Assembly: GCA_046757165.1 (NCBI GenBank) | Contig: JBHHXT010000040.1 | Coordinates: 1-31,281 of the forward strand | From: a bacterium | Lineage (GTDB): Bacteria > Zhuqueibacterota > Zhuqueibacteria > Oceanimicrobiales > Oceanimicrobiaceae | Direction: 5' to 3' | DNA length: 31,281 nucleotides | Shown: positions 17,312-25,523 of the stretch, one piece after another | How the letters are laid out: each line of letters opens with the position of its first letter | How positions within the stretch are numbered: position 1 is the first letter of the stretch | The notes under the pieces: generated by a model | The model's database searches: none | What the model was told of the DNA's origin: nothing | What the model saw: only the letters and a program-made list of their open reading frames with translations | Made by a program: the position numbers and the translations under genes

Positions 17312-19216
17312 ATGCGCTCACTCAACAAACGCTCGACACTGAGCCTGCGCTTGCGGGTCATCTTTGCCATCATCTTGCTTCTGGTCCTGATCGGTGCCAC
17401 CTTTAGCTTCCTGACCGTTCGTAGCATCCACCAGCTCGTCGAGGAGGTGATGTGGGGAAATTACAGCTCTTATTCCCGCTCTTTTGCGGCCTTCAGCGCC
17501 AAGTCGTTTGCAGAGGGCGACGTGAAAGAACTACACCGCCACCTTGTGGTCGCGTTGGCGCAGCCGGACATGATCTTCGTGGTGGCCCGGGACCAGCATG
17601 GCGAGGTGGTGGCGCAGGTGGGCAACTTTGAATCCTACCAACCCCTGGATATCCACAAGAAAGTATTCGAGGACGACATGCTTTCTGTCCAGGAAATCGG
17701 CGCCAAACCGGGCGGCTTGTTCCATGCTTCCGGACACACGTTTCTCATCACCGCCCGGGTCCTCTTTGAAGGCAAGGAAATTGGCACAGTGCAGTTGGCC
17801 GTGAGTACAGCCTCTGCCAATCAAAAGCTTGCCAGCATCAGTTTCTGGGGCTTCAAGATGGCCCTGGCGGTAGTGGCAATCGGAACGATTATTCTGATTT
17901 TTGTCGACAGAAGACTCAGAAAGAACATCGCACATTTGATTCAAATCACCCGCAGCATGGCCACCGGCGACCTTTCGCAGCGCGTCGAAATCAAGACCGG
18001 AGATGAGATCGAACATTTGGGCGACTCTTTCAACATGATGGCCGAGGCCATCAGAACCCACGAGGTACGGCTCGAAAAGCTGGTGGAGCGCCGCACGAAG
18101 GAGCTCGCGGATGAAAAAAATATCCTGCAATTGATTTTGGACAACGTCCCCAGTGCCTTTATTATGCTGGACAACAACCTGCGGGTTCTCTCGGTGAGCG
18201 CCCAATTGGAAGCGGTGTTGCACCAACAGAGAGAGGAGGTGCTGGGCAAAGTCTGCGCCTTATGCACCCTGCTTTACGAATCACACACCCAATGCCCCAC
18301 CCGCCTGGCTCTTCGCCATGGCGAGATCCAGCTCAACGAGGCGCGGTTGATGACATCATCCGGGGAGGAAAAATTCATTGAGCATATGGCCGTCCCCATC
18401 AAACGAAATGGCGAGATAAAGAATATCCTGGAAATCATTACCGACATTTCCGACCGAAAACGCTTCGAGGAGCACCTGGTTCGCACCGAAAAGCTTTCCG
18501 CCACCGGGGAAATGGCCGCCAGCATCGCCCATGAAATGCGAAATTCCCTGACCTCGGTCAATCTCATTTTGCAGTGTTTGACTGATTCAGTTGGTCAAAA
18601 TGAAGAGGACGCCAAATCTCTCGAAATCGCCATCGCTTCTGTGAACCGTACGGAAGCCATTGTCAGACAGTTGTTGGAATTTGCAAAACCGGGCGAGATC
18701 AAATTTGAAAAGGCAGATATCAGCTCGTTGGTGGAACAAAGCCTCGAGTTCTGCAAGTATCAATTCCAAAAGAAACAGATTCGGCTGAAAACAAATCTTG
18801 CAGACAGCCTCCCACCTTTGGAGGCCGATATCGAACGCATGAGAGAGGTTCTCCTCAATCTTCTGCTCAATGCGGTGGATGCCGTCAAAGAAAAGGGCGT
18901 CATTTCCATCGAGGCTCATGTGTTCATCCTGGAAAAAACCATGCGTGACCATCTTGACCCTAAGTCCAATAGATTCAAAAAAGGAACTCAGGCGGTTCGG
19001 CTGCGCGTGAGAGACAATGGCGTCGGCATCTCCCGAGAGCATCTCAAGCGAATTTTCGACCCCTTTTTCACCACCAAAACAAAAGGCACAGGACTGGGGC
19101 TGACCATGGCAAGGCGAATCATCGGTGAGCACGGCGGCATTTTGAATGTCGAAAGCAAGGTCGGCCAGGGTGCGACGTTTACCATCCTGCTACCATTGAG
19201 CCGGACCGGCATTTGA
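17312..19216 (+). CDS. Membrane sensor histidine kinase (TM, periplasmic domain, TM, HAMP, PAS, HisKA, HATPase)
   Basis: HAMP motif GDLSQRV...DEIEHLGDSFN.M, H-box IAHEMRNSL, N-box NLLLNAVDA, G1 DNGVGI, F-box FDPFFTTK, G2 GTGLGL. ATG 17312 with GGAG SD is preferred over 17264. Confidence 0.92.
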   Translation: MRSLNKRSTLSLRLRVIFAIILLLVLIGATFSFLTVRSIHQLVEEVMWGNYSSYSRSFAAFSAKSFAEGDVKELHRHLVVALAQPDMIFVVARDQHGEVVAQVGNFESYQPLDIHKKVFEDDMLSVQEIGAKPGGLFHASGHTFLITARVLFEGKEIGTVQLAVSTASANQKLASISFWGFKMALAVVAIGTIILIFVDRRLRKNIAHLIQITRSMATGDLSQRVEIKTGDEIEHLGDSFNMMAEAIRTHEVRLEKLVERRTKELADEKNILQLILDNVPSAFIMLDNNLRVLSVSAQLEAVLHQQREEVLGKVCALCTLLYESHTQCPTRLALRHGEIQLNEARLMTSSGEEKFIEHMAVPIKRNGEIKNILEIITDISDRKRFEEHLVRTEKLSATGEMAASIAHEMRNSLTSVNLILQCLTDSVGQNEEDAKSLEIAIASVNRTEAIVRQLLEFAKPGEIKFEKADISSLVEQSLEFCKYQFQKKQIRLKTNLADSLPPLEADIERMREVLLNLLLNAVDAVKEKGVISIEAHVFILEKTMRDHLDPKSNRFKKGTQAVRLRVRDNGVGISREHLKRIFDPFFTTKTKGTGLGLTMARRIIGEHGGILNVESKVGQGATFTILLPLSRTGI

Positions 19217-19240
19217 GCTTTGCTTCTTCCAAAACAATCC

Positions 19241-19362
19241 TTCGGTGGGCTTCAGTGTCATCGGTGAAATTCGGTGGATGAGGTTCTTAAGGCGTGGTCT
19301 GGCTGGCTCTCCAGGCTCCGGAAAGCCACCGAAGCTTCGCCGAAACCACCGAGTGTCACCGA
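19241..19362. repeat. About 10-bp-periodic inverted repeat (4 x TCGGTG-like facing 4 x CACCGA-like) between convergent genes
   Basis: Left units at 19242, 19252, 19261 and 19271. Right units at 19327, 19338, 19347 and 19357. Confidence 0.75.
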
Positions 19363-19368
19363 GCTGCG

Positions 19369-20163
19369 CTAGCCCCCCGGCTTTGGGAGAATCCGGGTGG
19401 CCAGCGCATCGGGGTCTTTCAACTCGACCTTCAACACGACCGCTGTAAGATGGTCCCTGGCGCCGCGCGCATAGCAAACATGCCGAAAAAGCTCGCAAGC
19501 TTTGGGGAGAGCATTGGCGTTTTGCGTCAGGTTGGCCAGGATGTCGTCGTCGGAATTGTAGGTGGTGATTCCGTCCGTGCACAAGAGGAAGATGTCGTTG
19601 TCTTTGAGGTTGACCTTTTGGATATCCGGCTCGATGCTCGCTTTCATCCCAAGCGCTTTCGTGATCACGTGCCCGTCTTCAAACTTCGCCATATTGAGAG
19701 ATTTGTCAGGCGTTGCGTCGAGCAAAGTTTGCAGCTTTGAATGGTCTACGGTAAGCTGGAGCAGCTTGTCCGCTCTTTTCAGATAGATCCGGCTGTCTCC
19801 GACGTGGGCCAGGACAGCGTATGCCTTCTGAACCAACAGCAGCGCAATGGTCGAGCCCATGGCGTGCTGGTGCTTCCTGGCAAGATGGTGTACTGTTCGG
19901 TTCGCCGCCTGAATGAGCTGGGTGATGAAGTCAAATGGCCCCCTCTGGCTGATCAGCGTTCTCTTCCTGACATCGAGAACAATTTCGCGAATGGCGTCGA
20001 GGGCGGACTGGCTGGCGACGTCCCCGGCGTACGCTCCACCCACGCCATCGGCCACCGCAAAGAGGCCTTGCTGTTCTAACACCAGGAAGCTATCCTCATT
20101 GACGGCCTTTTTGGGATTCAGTCCTTTGTCGGTAATACTCGCGTGAGTGATGGAGATTCTCAT
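19369..20163 (-). CDS. PP2C/PPM-family Ser/Thr protein phosphatase (Stp1/PstP-like, soluble)
   Basis: 264 aa. TDKG...NEDS, VADGVGG, GST, AHVGDSRIY, QLTVDHS, ITKALG, LCTDG and GARDHLT. ATGA overlap with the SEDS gene. Confidence 0.93.
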   Translation of the reverse strand: MRISITHASITDKGLNPKKAVNEDSFLVLEQQGLFAVADGVGGAYAGDVASQSALDAIREIVLDVRKRTLISQRGPFDFITQLIQAANRTVHHLARKHQHAMGSTIALLLVQKAYAVLAHVGDSRIYLKRADKLLQLTVDHSKLQTLLDATPDKSLNMAKFEDGHVITKALGMKASIEPDIQKVNLKDNDIFLLCTDGITTYNSDDDILANLTQNANALPKACELFRHVCYARGARDHLTAVVLKVELKDPDALATRILPKPGG

Positions 20164-21716
20164 GCAAATTCTCCCTGGCCGTTTCGGTGCGAGAGCCCCA
20201 TAATGAACCCGATGATGATCAATGAAATCAGAAATGAGAATCCACCCCGACTTATCAAAGGCAAGGTGATGCCTGTCAGTGGAATAAGCTTGATGACGCC
20301 GCCGATATTGACAAACACCTGGATCGCCAGGATGGTCGAGAAACCAGTGGCGAGCAGCTTTTCAAAATCGGTCTCGGACTCGACGGCCACCCGCATGCCG
20401 AGCAGGAAAAGCAGGATGTAGAGCGCAACGATCAAGATTGAGCCAATAAAGCCAATTTCTTCAGCAATGGCGGAGTAGACGAAGTCGGAAACGACCAGCG
20501 GAATATTGGTTGGATAGCCAAGCCCAACGCCTGCTCCCGTCCAGCCGCCGGCGTTCAAAGCGAAAAACGAATTCATGATCTGGTAAACGTTATCCCACCA
20601 GACAGCATCATGCGGCAGCCGCCAGAGGTCGGCCCAAATCACGAATCTTTGCAGAACGTGCGGCGGTGCAATGCCTTCCAGCAAGAAGATCAGCTTGGAG
20701 GTGAGCACTGTGATAGTGATGCCGCCAAACAGATAGATATACTTGCGGGTCGTCACGAAGATCATGATGATGACCAGGCCGCTGTAGATGATCACCTGCC
20801 CGAAATCTTTCAACAAGACAAACAGCAGTTGCGGAATCAGCCAGATAAACAAGAACGGTCCCCAGGGGACAATGAACTTTGATAGCTTCTTGCCTTTGAT
20901 CGCGGGACCTTTGCGCGTGAAATCATCTTTGTATTTGGCAAAGAATCCGGCCAGAAAAACAATGATCGTGATTTTGAAGGCCTCCCAGGGGGTCATCTTG
21001 TAAACGAATCTTCCGCGTGTGCCGACCTCACTCAAGGCCACAAAAACCAGCAGCATCAAGATCGTGACCGCCACCCAGAAAAAGGGCTTTTCCAGGGAGG
21101 CCATGAACCGGTTGCTGGCGCATTTCTTGACGATAAAGACAACGGCAAACAGGGCCACAAGATAGGAGACGATCAGACGCGACCAACCCGGCAGGCTCGT
21201 GGCAAATTCCCGCAAAAATCGCATACCGCTCAACTCGTGCAACTTGAGAAGCTGACTGGCTTCACTCTGGATGGATTCCAGACTGCGTTCGTCTGGCCTG
21301 CTGGCGGCAACGAGCGCCACGGAGGTGGTGTCCACCGCTGATGAATCGTGACCCGCCCTTTTTATCGCGGCCGCCGAATACTGTCGCACCAGCGTCTTTT
21401 GAAAATCGACATTTATCGCCGAGCTGATGCGGTATTGGACCACAAACCCGATGCCCGTCAGGAGAGCGGCGACCACCAGAATAGAAAAATCGCCCTTGTA
21501 GGTTTTTTTGAGAACCGAGTAGACCAGGAAAAAGGCGGACATGAGCAGACCATTGCGCACCAGGATTGCCAGGCTCGGCTCGTAGCCGCGCGCGTTGCCG
21601 GCGACATAGACCGAGAGCATGCCCAGGATCGAAACGAGTACGGCAACGCCCAGGCCGAAGAGCGGACTAATCTTTGTTCGTGACCCCATTTGTTTCATCA
21701 AAATAGCCGAGTTCAT
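20160..21716 (-). CDS. SEDS-family (RodA/FtsW/SpoVE) peptidoglycan glycosyltransferase
   Basis: Multi-TM protein. PWEAFK (QPSE.AK equivalent), KDFG, YQ...S......GG..G.G.G.G, catalytic SDFVYSAIAEEIG and PLTGITLPLIS.GG. The true start may be ATG 21689 or 21698. Confidence 0.92.
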   Translation of the reverse strand: MNSAILMKQMGSRTKISPLFGLGVAVLVSILGMLSVYVAGNARGYEPSLAILVRNGLLMSAFFLVYSVLKKTYKGDFSILVVAALLTGIGFVVQYRISSAINVDFQKTLVRQYSAAAIKRAGHDSSAVDTTSVALVAASRPDERSLESIQSEASQLLKLHELSGMRFLREFATSLPGWSRLIVSYLVALFAVVFIVKKCASNRFMASLEKPFFWVAVTILMLLVFVALSEVGTRGRFVYKMTPWEAFKITIIVFLAGFFAKYKDDFTRKGPAIKGKKLSKFIVPWGPFLFIWLIPQLLFVLLKDFGQVIIYSGLVIIMIFVTTRKYIYLFGGITITVLTSKLIFLLEGIAPPHVLQRFVIWADLWRLPHDAVWWDNVYQIMNSFFALNAGGWTGAGVGLGYPTNIPLVVSDFVYSAIAEEIGFIGSILIVALYILLFLLGMRVAVESETDFEKLLATGFSTILAIQVFVNIGGVIKLIPLTGITLPLISRGGFSFLISLIIIGFIMGLSHRNGQGEFA

Positions 21717-23316
21717 GCGCCTTCAAGAAAATTTGCCGGGCCACGGGAGCCGCAGCGGCGCCTCCGTAGCCCCCACCTTCAACCACCACAGCGATAGCAA
21801 TCTTTGCATTCTCGACCGGCGCGAAAGAAATGAAGAGGGCATGGTTGACGATGTTGGGTTCTAACGTCCCGTCGCCGTTCCTGATCGGCATGTTTATTTC
21901 CGCCGTCCCGGTCTTGCCGGCTGCCTCGACCTCCTGCATCTGCAATCGCCAGGCGGTGCCGCCGCGCGTCCAGACCACATCCCGCATCATTTTCTGTACC
22001 TTTTTGGCGGTCTCCGCCGACACAACGCGATGCCAGATCTGCGGCGGTTCATGCAGCTCCAGTTTTGGCTTCATCAGAACGCCATCGTTGGCGATGGCCG
22101 CGGCAACCAACGCCAGCTGCAGGGGGGTGGCAAGCACCTTTTCTTGCCCGATGCAAGACCACGCAAGCTCATGGGCACTTTCGGTCGGCGGAAAAGAGCT
22201 TCTGAATGCCACCACTCCATCTTGCAGCTCCGGGCGGGAGGTGTTCCATTCGACCGCTTGATTGAAACCGAAGCGATTGGCAATCTCATGCATGAGCGTA
22301 TCCCCAACAGCAACCCCCAACCTTGCATAAAAGGCATTGCTGGATTTGACCAGCGCCCGGGTCATATCGATCTCGCCGTGGCCCCGCCAGACCTGTCCTC
22401 GTCGACGATAGCTCGCCCGTTCGTGGTCAAAGACCCGTTTTCTTCTCACTCCCGGCGGCCGGTAGCCTTCCGGGCCAATGGCCCATTTCGGGTCCAGCCC
22501 TTTCGCTACCGCAGCACAGGCGACAATCGTCTTGAATGTCGATCCCGGCGGATAGCGGCCCTTTAGCGCTCGATTGTAGAGCGGCTTGCCCTGCTCGTCA
22601 GTGACAATTCTCAGCCAGGCATCATCGACCGAAACCGAGTCCGGATGAAACCCTGGTGAGCTGACCAGCACCAGCACGTCCCCGGTGGCCGGCTCAATCG
22701 CGACCACTGCCCCGGTGCTGCCCGCCAGCGCCTCATACGCCGTCCGCTGTAGCTCATAATCGAGGCTCAGGACGATATCGTTGCCAAGCGGTTGAATCCG
22801 AAAATAGGTATTATTGATGTAAGTGTTGTTTTCCTCCTTCGTGCCGCGCGTCCACCCCATCAGGCGCTCAAAAAAGTATTTCTCCAGCCCGGCCTTGTCA
22901 CGCTCGACGTCGGAATAGCCGATCAGGTGAGACGCCGCTTCTCGCAGCGGGTAATACCTGCGGGGAAGTTCGCCACGGTTGGCGGTATATCCCGCGAAAA
23001 CTTTGGACGGCTCATGATGACGATCATAGATATTCCCTTTGATGGTCGTGGCCTCGATGATCCACGGCCTGGGATCGTGCAGCTTCCGGGTTGCGTTGAA
23101 ATAGGGGCTATTCACGAACAATTGCCAGTAGGCCTGATGGATGAGCAGCGTCAAAAAGGCGCACGCGACCACCCAGAGAACCACGCTCAATTCCTTGCGG
23201 CGCCTGAATGAAAACACGGTCTTCAGACTCTCGACCGTCGGCAGGAGCAGTCGCCACAGGTAGAGGAAAAGGATGGTAAAGAGCAGGTATTTTGCAACGA
23301 TCAGGACCAGTAGCAT
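21667..23316 (-). CDS. Class B penicillin-binding protein (PbpA-like transpeptidase)
   Basis: 549 aa. KGNIYDR, R.YP, GLEK, LYNRA..G.YPPGSTFK (SxxK), KSSN (SxN), IGQ...ATPLQ and AGKTGTAE (KTG). Two N-terminal hydrophobic segments. Confidence 0.94.
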   Translation of the reverse strand: MLLVLIVAKYLLFTILFLYLWRLLLPTVESLKTVFSFRRRKELSVVLWVVACAFLTLLIHQAYWQLFVNSPYFNATRKLHDPRPWIIEATTIKGNIYDRHHEPSKVFAGYTANRGELPRRYYPLREAASHLIGYSDVERDKAGLEKYFFERLMGWTRGTKEENNTYINNTYFRIQPLGNDIVLSLDYELQRTAYEALAGSTGAVVAIEPATGDVLVLVSSPGFHPDSVSVDDAWLRIVTDEQGKPLYNRALKGRYPPGSTFKTIVACAAVAKGLDPKWAIGPEGYRPPGVRRKRVFDHERASYRRRGQVWRGHGEIDMTRALVKSSNAFYARLGVAVGDTLMHEIANRFGFNQAVEWNTSRPELQDGVVAFRSSFPPTESAHELAWSCIGQEKVLATPLQLALVAAAIANDGVLMKPKLELHEPPQIWHRVVSAETAKKVQKMMRDVVWTRGGTAWRLQMQEVEAAGKTGTAEINMPIRNGDGTLEPNIVNHALFISFAPVENAKIAIAVVVEGGGYGGAAAAPVARQIFLKAHELGYFDETNGVTNKD

Positions 23317-23321
23317 GCGTT

Positions 23322-24038
23322 TTACTTTTCTGAAAAGGTCAGGATAATCGGGTCTCGCTGACAGAATCTTATTTTGTCGCCAATTTTCAACCGCCTGCTG
23401 CCGTTGATGCGGTCCGGTTCATCATCGATGAACGTGCCGTTCGCACTGCCTTCATCAACGATGGTGATGGTATCCTCAGCCACGAAATACAAGGTCGCAT
23501 GATGTTTTGAAATATTGTCAAACGGCAGGCAAATGTTCGAGGAGGAATGCCGTCCAATTTTGTACGTCTTCCCCGGTTCCAGATTCCAGCACGAGCCTTG
23601 CCCGTCGCCGTCCACCACCTCGAGCAGAAACCCCTTGCCCGAAGTTGCCGGCTCAGCCTCGTTTTCCTTCTCTGAGAACCAGCAGCTGATGTCCGATTTG
23701 CGTTTTGAAATCGTGGCCGACGACAGGATTTGCAGCTTTATTCTGGGTTGGTTGAGCTCGTAGTCCTGATCCGCGACGTATTTCTGCAGCCTCTGTTTCA
23801 ACACGGACTCCAGCGTGGCGATGGAATGAGCATGTCTGATGAAAACAGTGTTGTTGACCAGAACTTCGAAATTGTCGGGGGCAACCACGTGCTCAGGATT
23901 GGTCGCGTCGAGATTCCGCTCCAGCTTGTCCGCGATCTCGCCGAAAAGCCGATCTTTCTCGAGCGGATCGATGAACCACCAAAACAGCGAAAAGACGATC
24001 CGTCTGATTCCCTGATCAATGGTTTGAATGGCGCTCAT
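23322..24038 (-). CDS. FhaA-like protein (DUF3662-like N-terminal domain plus FHA domain)
   Basis: 238 aa. The N-terminal region with APDNFEVLVN resembles DUF3662. FHA motifs IGR, ISKHHA and DEGSANGT. Confidence 0.85.
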   Translation of the reverse strand: MSAIQTIDQGIRRIVFSLFWWFIDPLEKDRLFGEIADKLERNLDATNPEHVVAPDNFEVLVNNTVFIRHAHSIATLESVLKQRLQKYVADQDYELNQPRIKLQILSSATISKRKSDISCWFSEKENEAEPATSGKGFLLEVVDGDGQGSCWNLEPGKTYKIGRHSSSNICLPFDNISKHHATLYFVAEDTITIVDEGSANGTFIDDEPDRINGSRRLKIGDKIRFCQRDPIILTFSEK

Positions 24039-24079
24039 GGCTTATCCACCTGGTACTTAGTTCTTCTTCCAGAGAGCGA

Positions 24080-24937
24080 TTACTCCAGGATTTTCATCGT
24101 ATAGTTGACGATCTTGATTTCGTCGGCCGGAGAGATCGGGACTTCCTTTTGCAGCTCCAATTCCTGGCCATTCAACAGCGTCCCGTTGACGCCCGTCGGC
24201 AGCAAGAAATAGCTGCCATCTCTCAGTTCAATGGCCGCATGACCCCTCGAAACAGAGAAGTCCTGACTTTCCAGGACCACGTCATCATGGCTGGCGCGGC
24301 CAATGGTAATTCGGTCTTTTTCAAACGTAACTTCCTGCACCTCCTGTCCGGAGTCGATGGAGAGCTTGATCTGAACCACCGGTTCCGCTGTTTGCACAAC
24401 CGTCGGGTGTTCGTCGGCATCGAACGTCTCCGGATCCTCCGTCACCGTTTCTTTCAGGTCCATCTCTGTGTCTGGCAATGGCAGCGGCGGTGCAGCCTCG
24501 GGCGTCTCTTTTGTTTCATCTCTCTGCTGTGGTTCGGGTTTTTTCATGCGATAGTCGATACTGAACTGCCCTTTGACCAGGCCGGGGTCTGTCTCGACCT
24601 CGATGACGATGGCGTTTCTCGATTGCTCCGGATTGATCTTTCGCATCTCCGGGTAGAGCTCTTCTGTCAGCTCGGAGCACAGCACATCCTCCACTTCTTT
24701 GCGCATCTCTCTGTCATATTTGCTGAAGCGGACGACATAGTAGTTCGGAATGAGGATTTTGCGACCCACGACGTCGACATTTTTTTTCATCAGCTCCTTG
24801 AGCTTTTTTGAAATCTCTTTGTAGGGGATGCGCTCATTGGACAACGCCTGCTGCCTGGCATCAGCGCTCTCATCTTCAAGATCAGAAACGCGTTGCCAGG
24901 CCCCCTTGATCTTGTTTTTCAGGCTCATAGTACTCAC
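24080..24937 (-). CDS. FhaA-like protein (DUF3662-like domain, acidic Pro/Thr linker, FHA domain)
   Basis: 285 aa. DUF3662-like IPNYYVVRFS..D and VETDPGL..GQF.I. FHA motifs IGR, VSRGHA and NGT.LNG. Start is GTG 24937 or ATG 24928. Confidence 0.85.
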   Translation of the reverse strand: MSTMSLKNKIKGAWQRVSDLEDESADARQQALSNERIPYKEISKKLKELMKKNVDVVGRKILIPNYYVVRFSKYDREMRKEVEDVLCSELTEELYPEMRKINPEQSRNAIVIEVETDPGLVKGQFSIDYRMKKPEPQQRDETKETPEAAPPLPLPDTEMDLKETVTEDPETFDADEHPTVVQTAEPVVQIKLSIDSGQEVQEVTFEKDRITIGRASHDDVVLESQDFSVSRGHAAIELRDGSYFLLPTGVNGTLLNGQELELQKEVPISPADEIKIVNYTMKILE

Positions 24938-24989
24938 CCATATATGCTATTTCAGTTGAACTAAAGTCAGGACGGCTTCGGTCTCTATC

Positions 24990-25018
24990 AATATGTTGAA
25001 TTAATATCAATTTGTCAA
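24990..25018 (-). promoter_or_regulatory. Putative sigma70 promoter of the FHA-PBP-SEDS-PP2C operon
   Basis: Minus strand reads TTGACA-N17-CATATT, about 50 bp upstream of the first gene. Confidence 0.5.
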
Positions 25019-25179
25019 GCTTAACCTGCACGCTATCCCTGCAGGCGGCCTTGCATGCCCGCGGCGCTGCCCGACACTCCCGCCCGAAGGGCGAGAGTTC
25101 CCTTCCTGGGACGGGTCAGGGGTGGGTCGAAACTGCAAGCCGCCTAAAACCTTCGAAGGGAAACAAAAGATGAACCGCC

Positions 25180-25242
25180 TGTAGGAACCGCAACGCGGTT
25201 CCTACATCACAGCCCAGGGTACCGTTTTTTCGGTACCCTGGG
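25180..25242. repeat. Two adjacent perfect 12-bp hairpins (REP-like)
   Basis: TGTAGGAACCGC-AAC-GCGGTTCCTACA (25180-25206) and CCCAGGGTACCG-T6-CGGTACCCTGGG (25213-25242). Confidence 0.8.
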
Positions 25243-25523
25243 ATCTTGAAACCCAAACGATTTGCCTCGGATGATCAAAGTACTATCTTCCTGCAACAGA
25301 GCATGACCGTCCCTTGGGTCATCGAACCCGTCCCGTAGTTTGTGCTCTTGCCAGGAAAAGTCGAAACGGCGACAAACTGTTTTGCACTTTTAACATACGA
25401 GGGGTGAAATCGTGCTGCTGCGCAAAATCAAACCCGCACCCTTCATGGAACAACATGAAAGACTATCGGTGAAACTCAAATGGTCTGAATAACGTCAGCA
25501 GTAAGAAAGGAAGGAGGTTACCC

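Noticed and set aside
25380..25520. Possible cobalamin riboswitch before the TonB receptor (GGGTGAAATC)
   Set aside because: The GGGAA segment and B12-box elements were not found.
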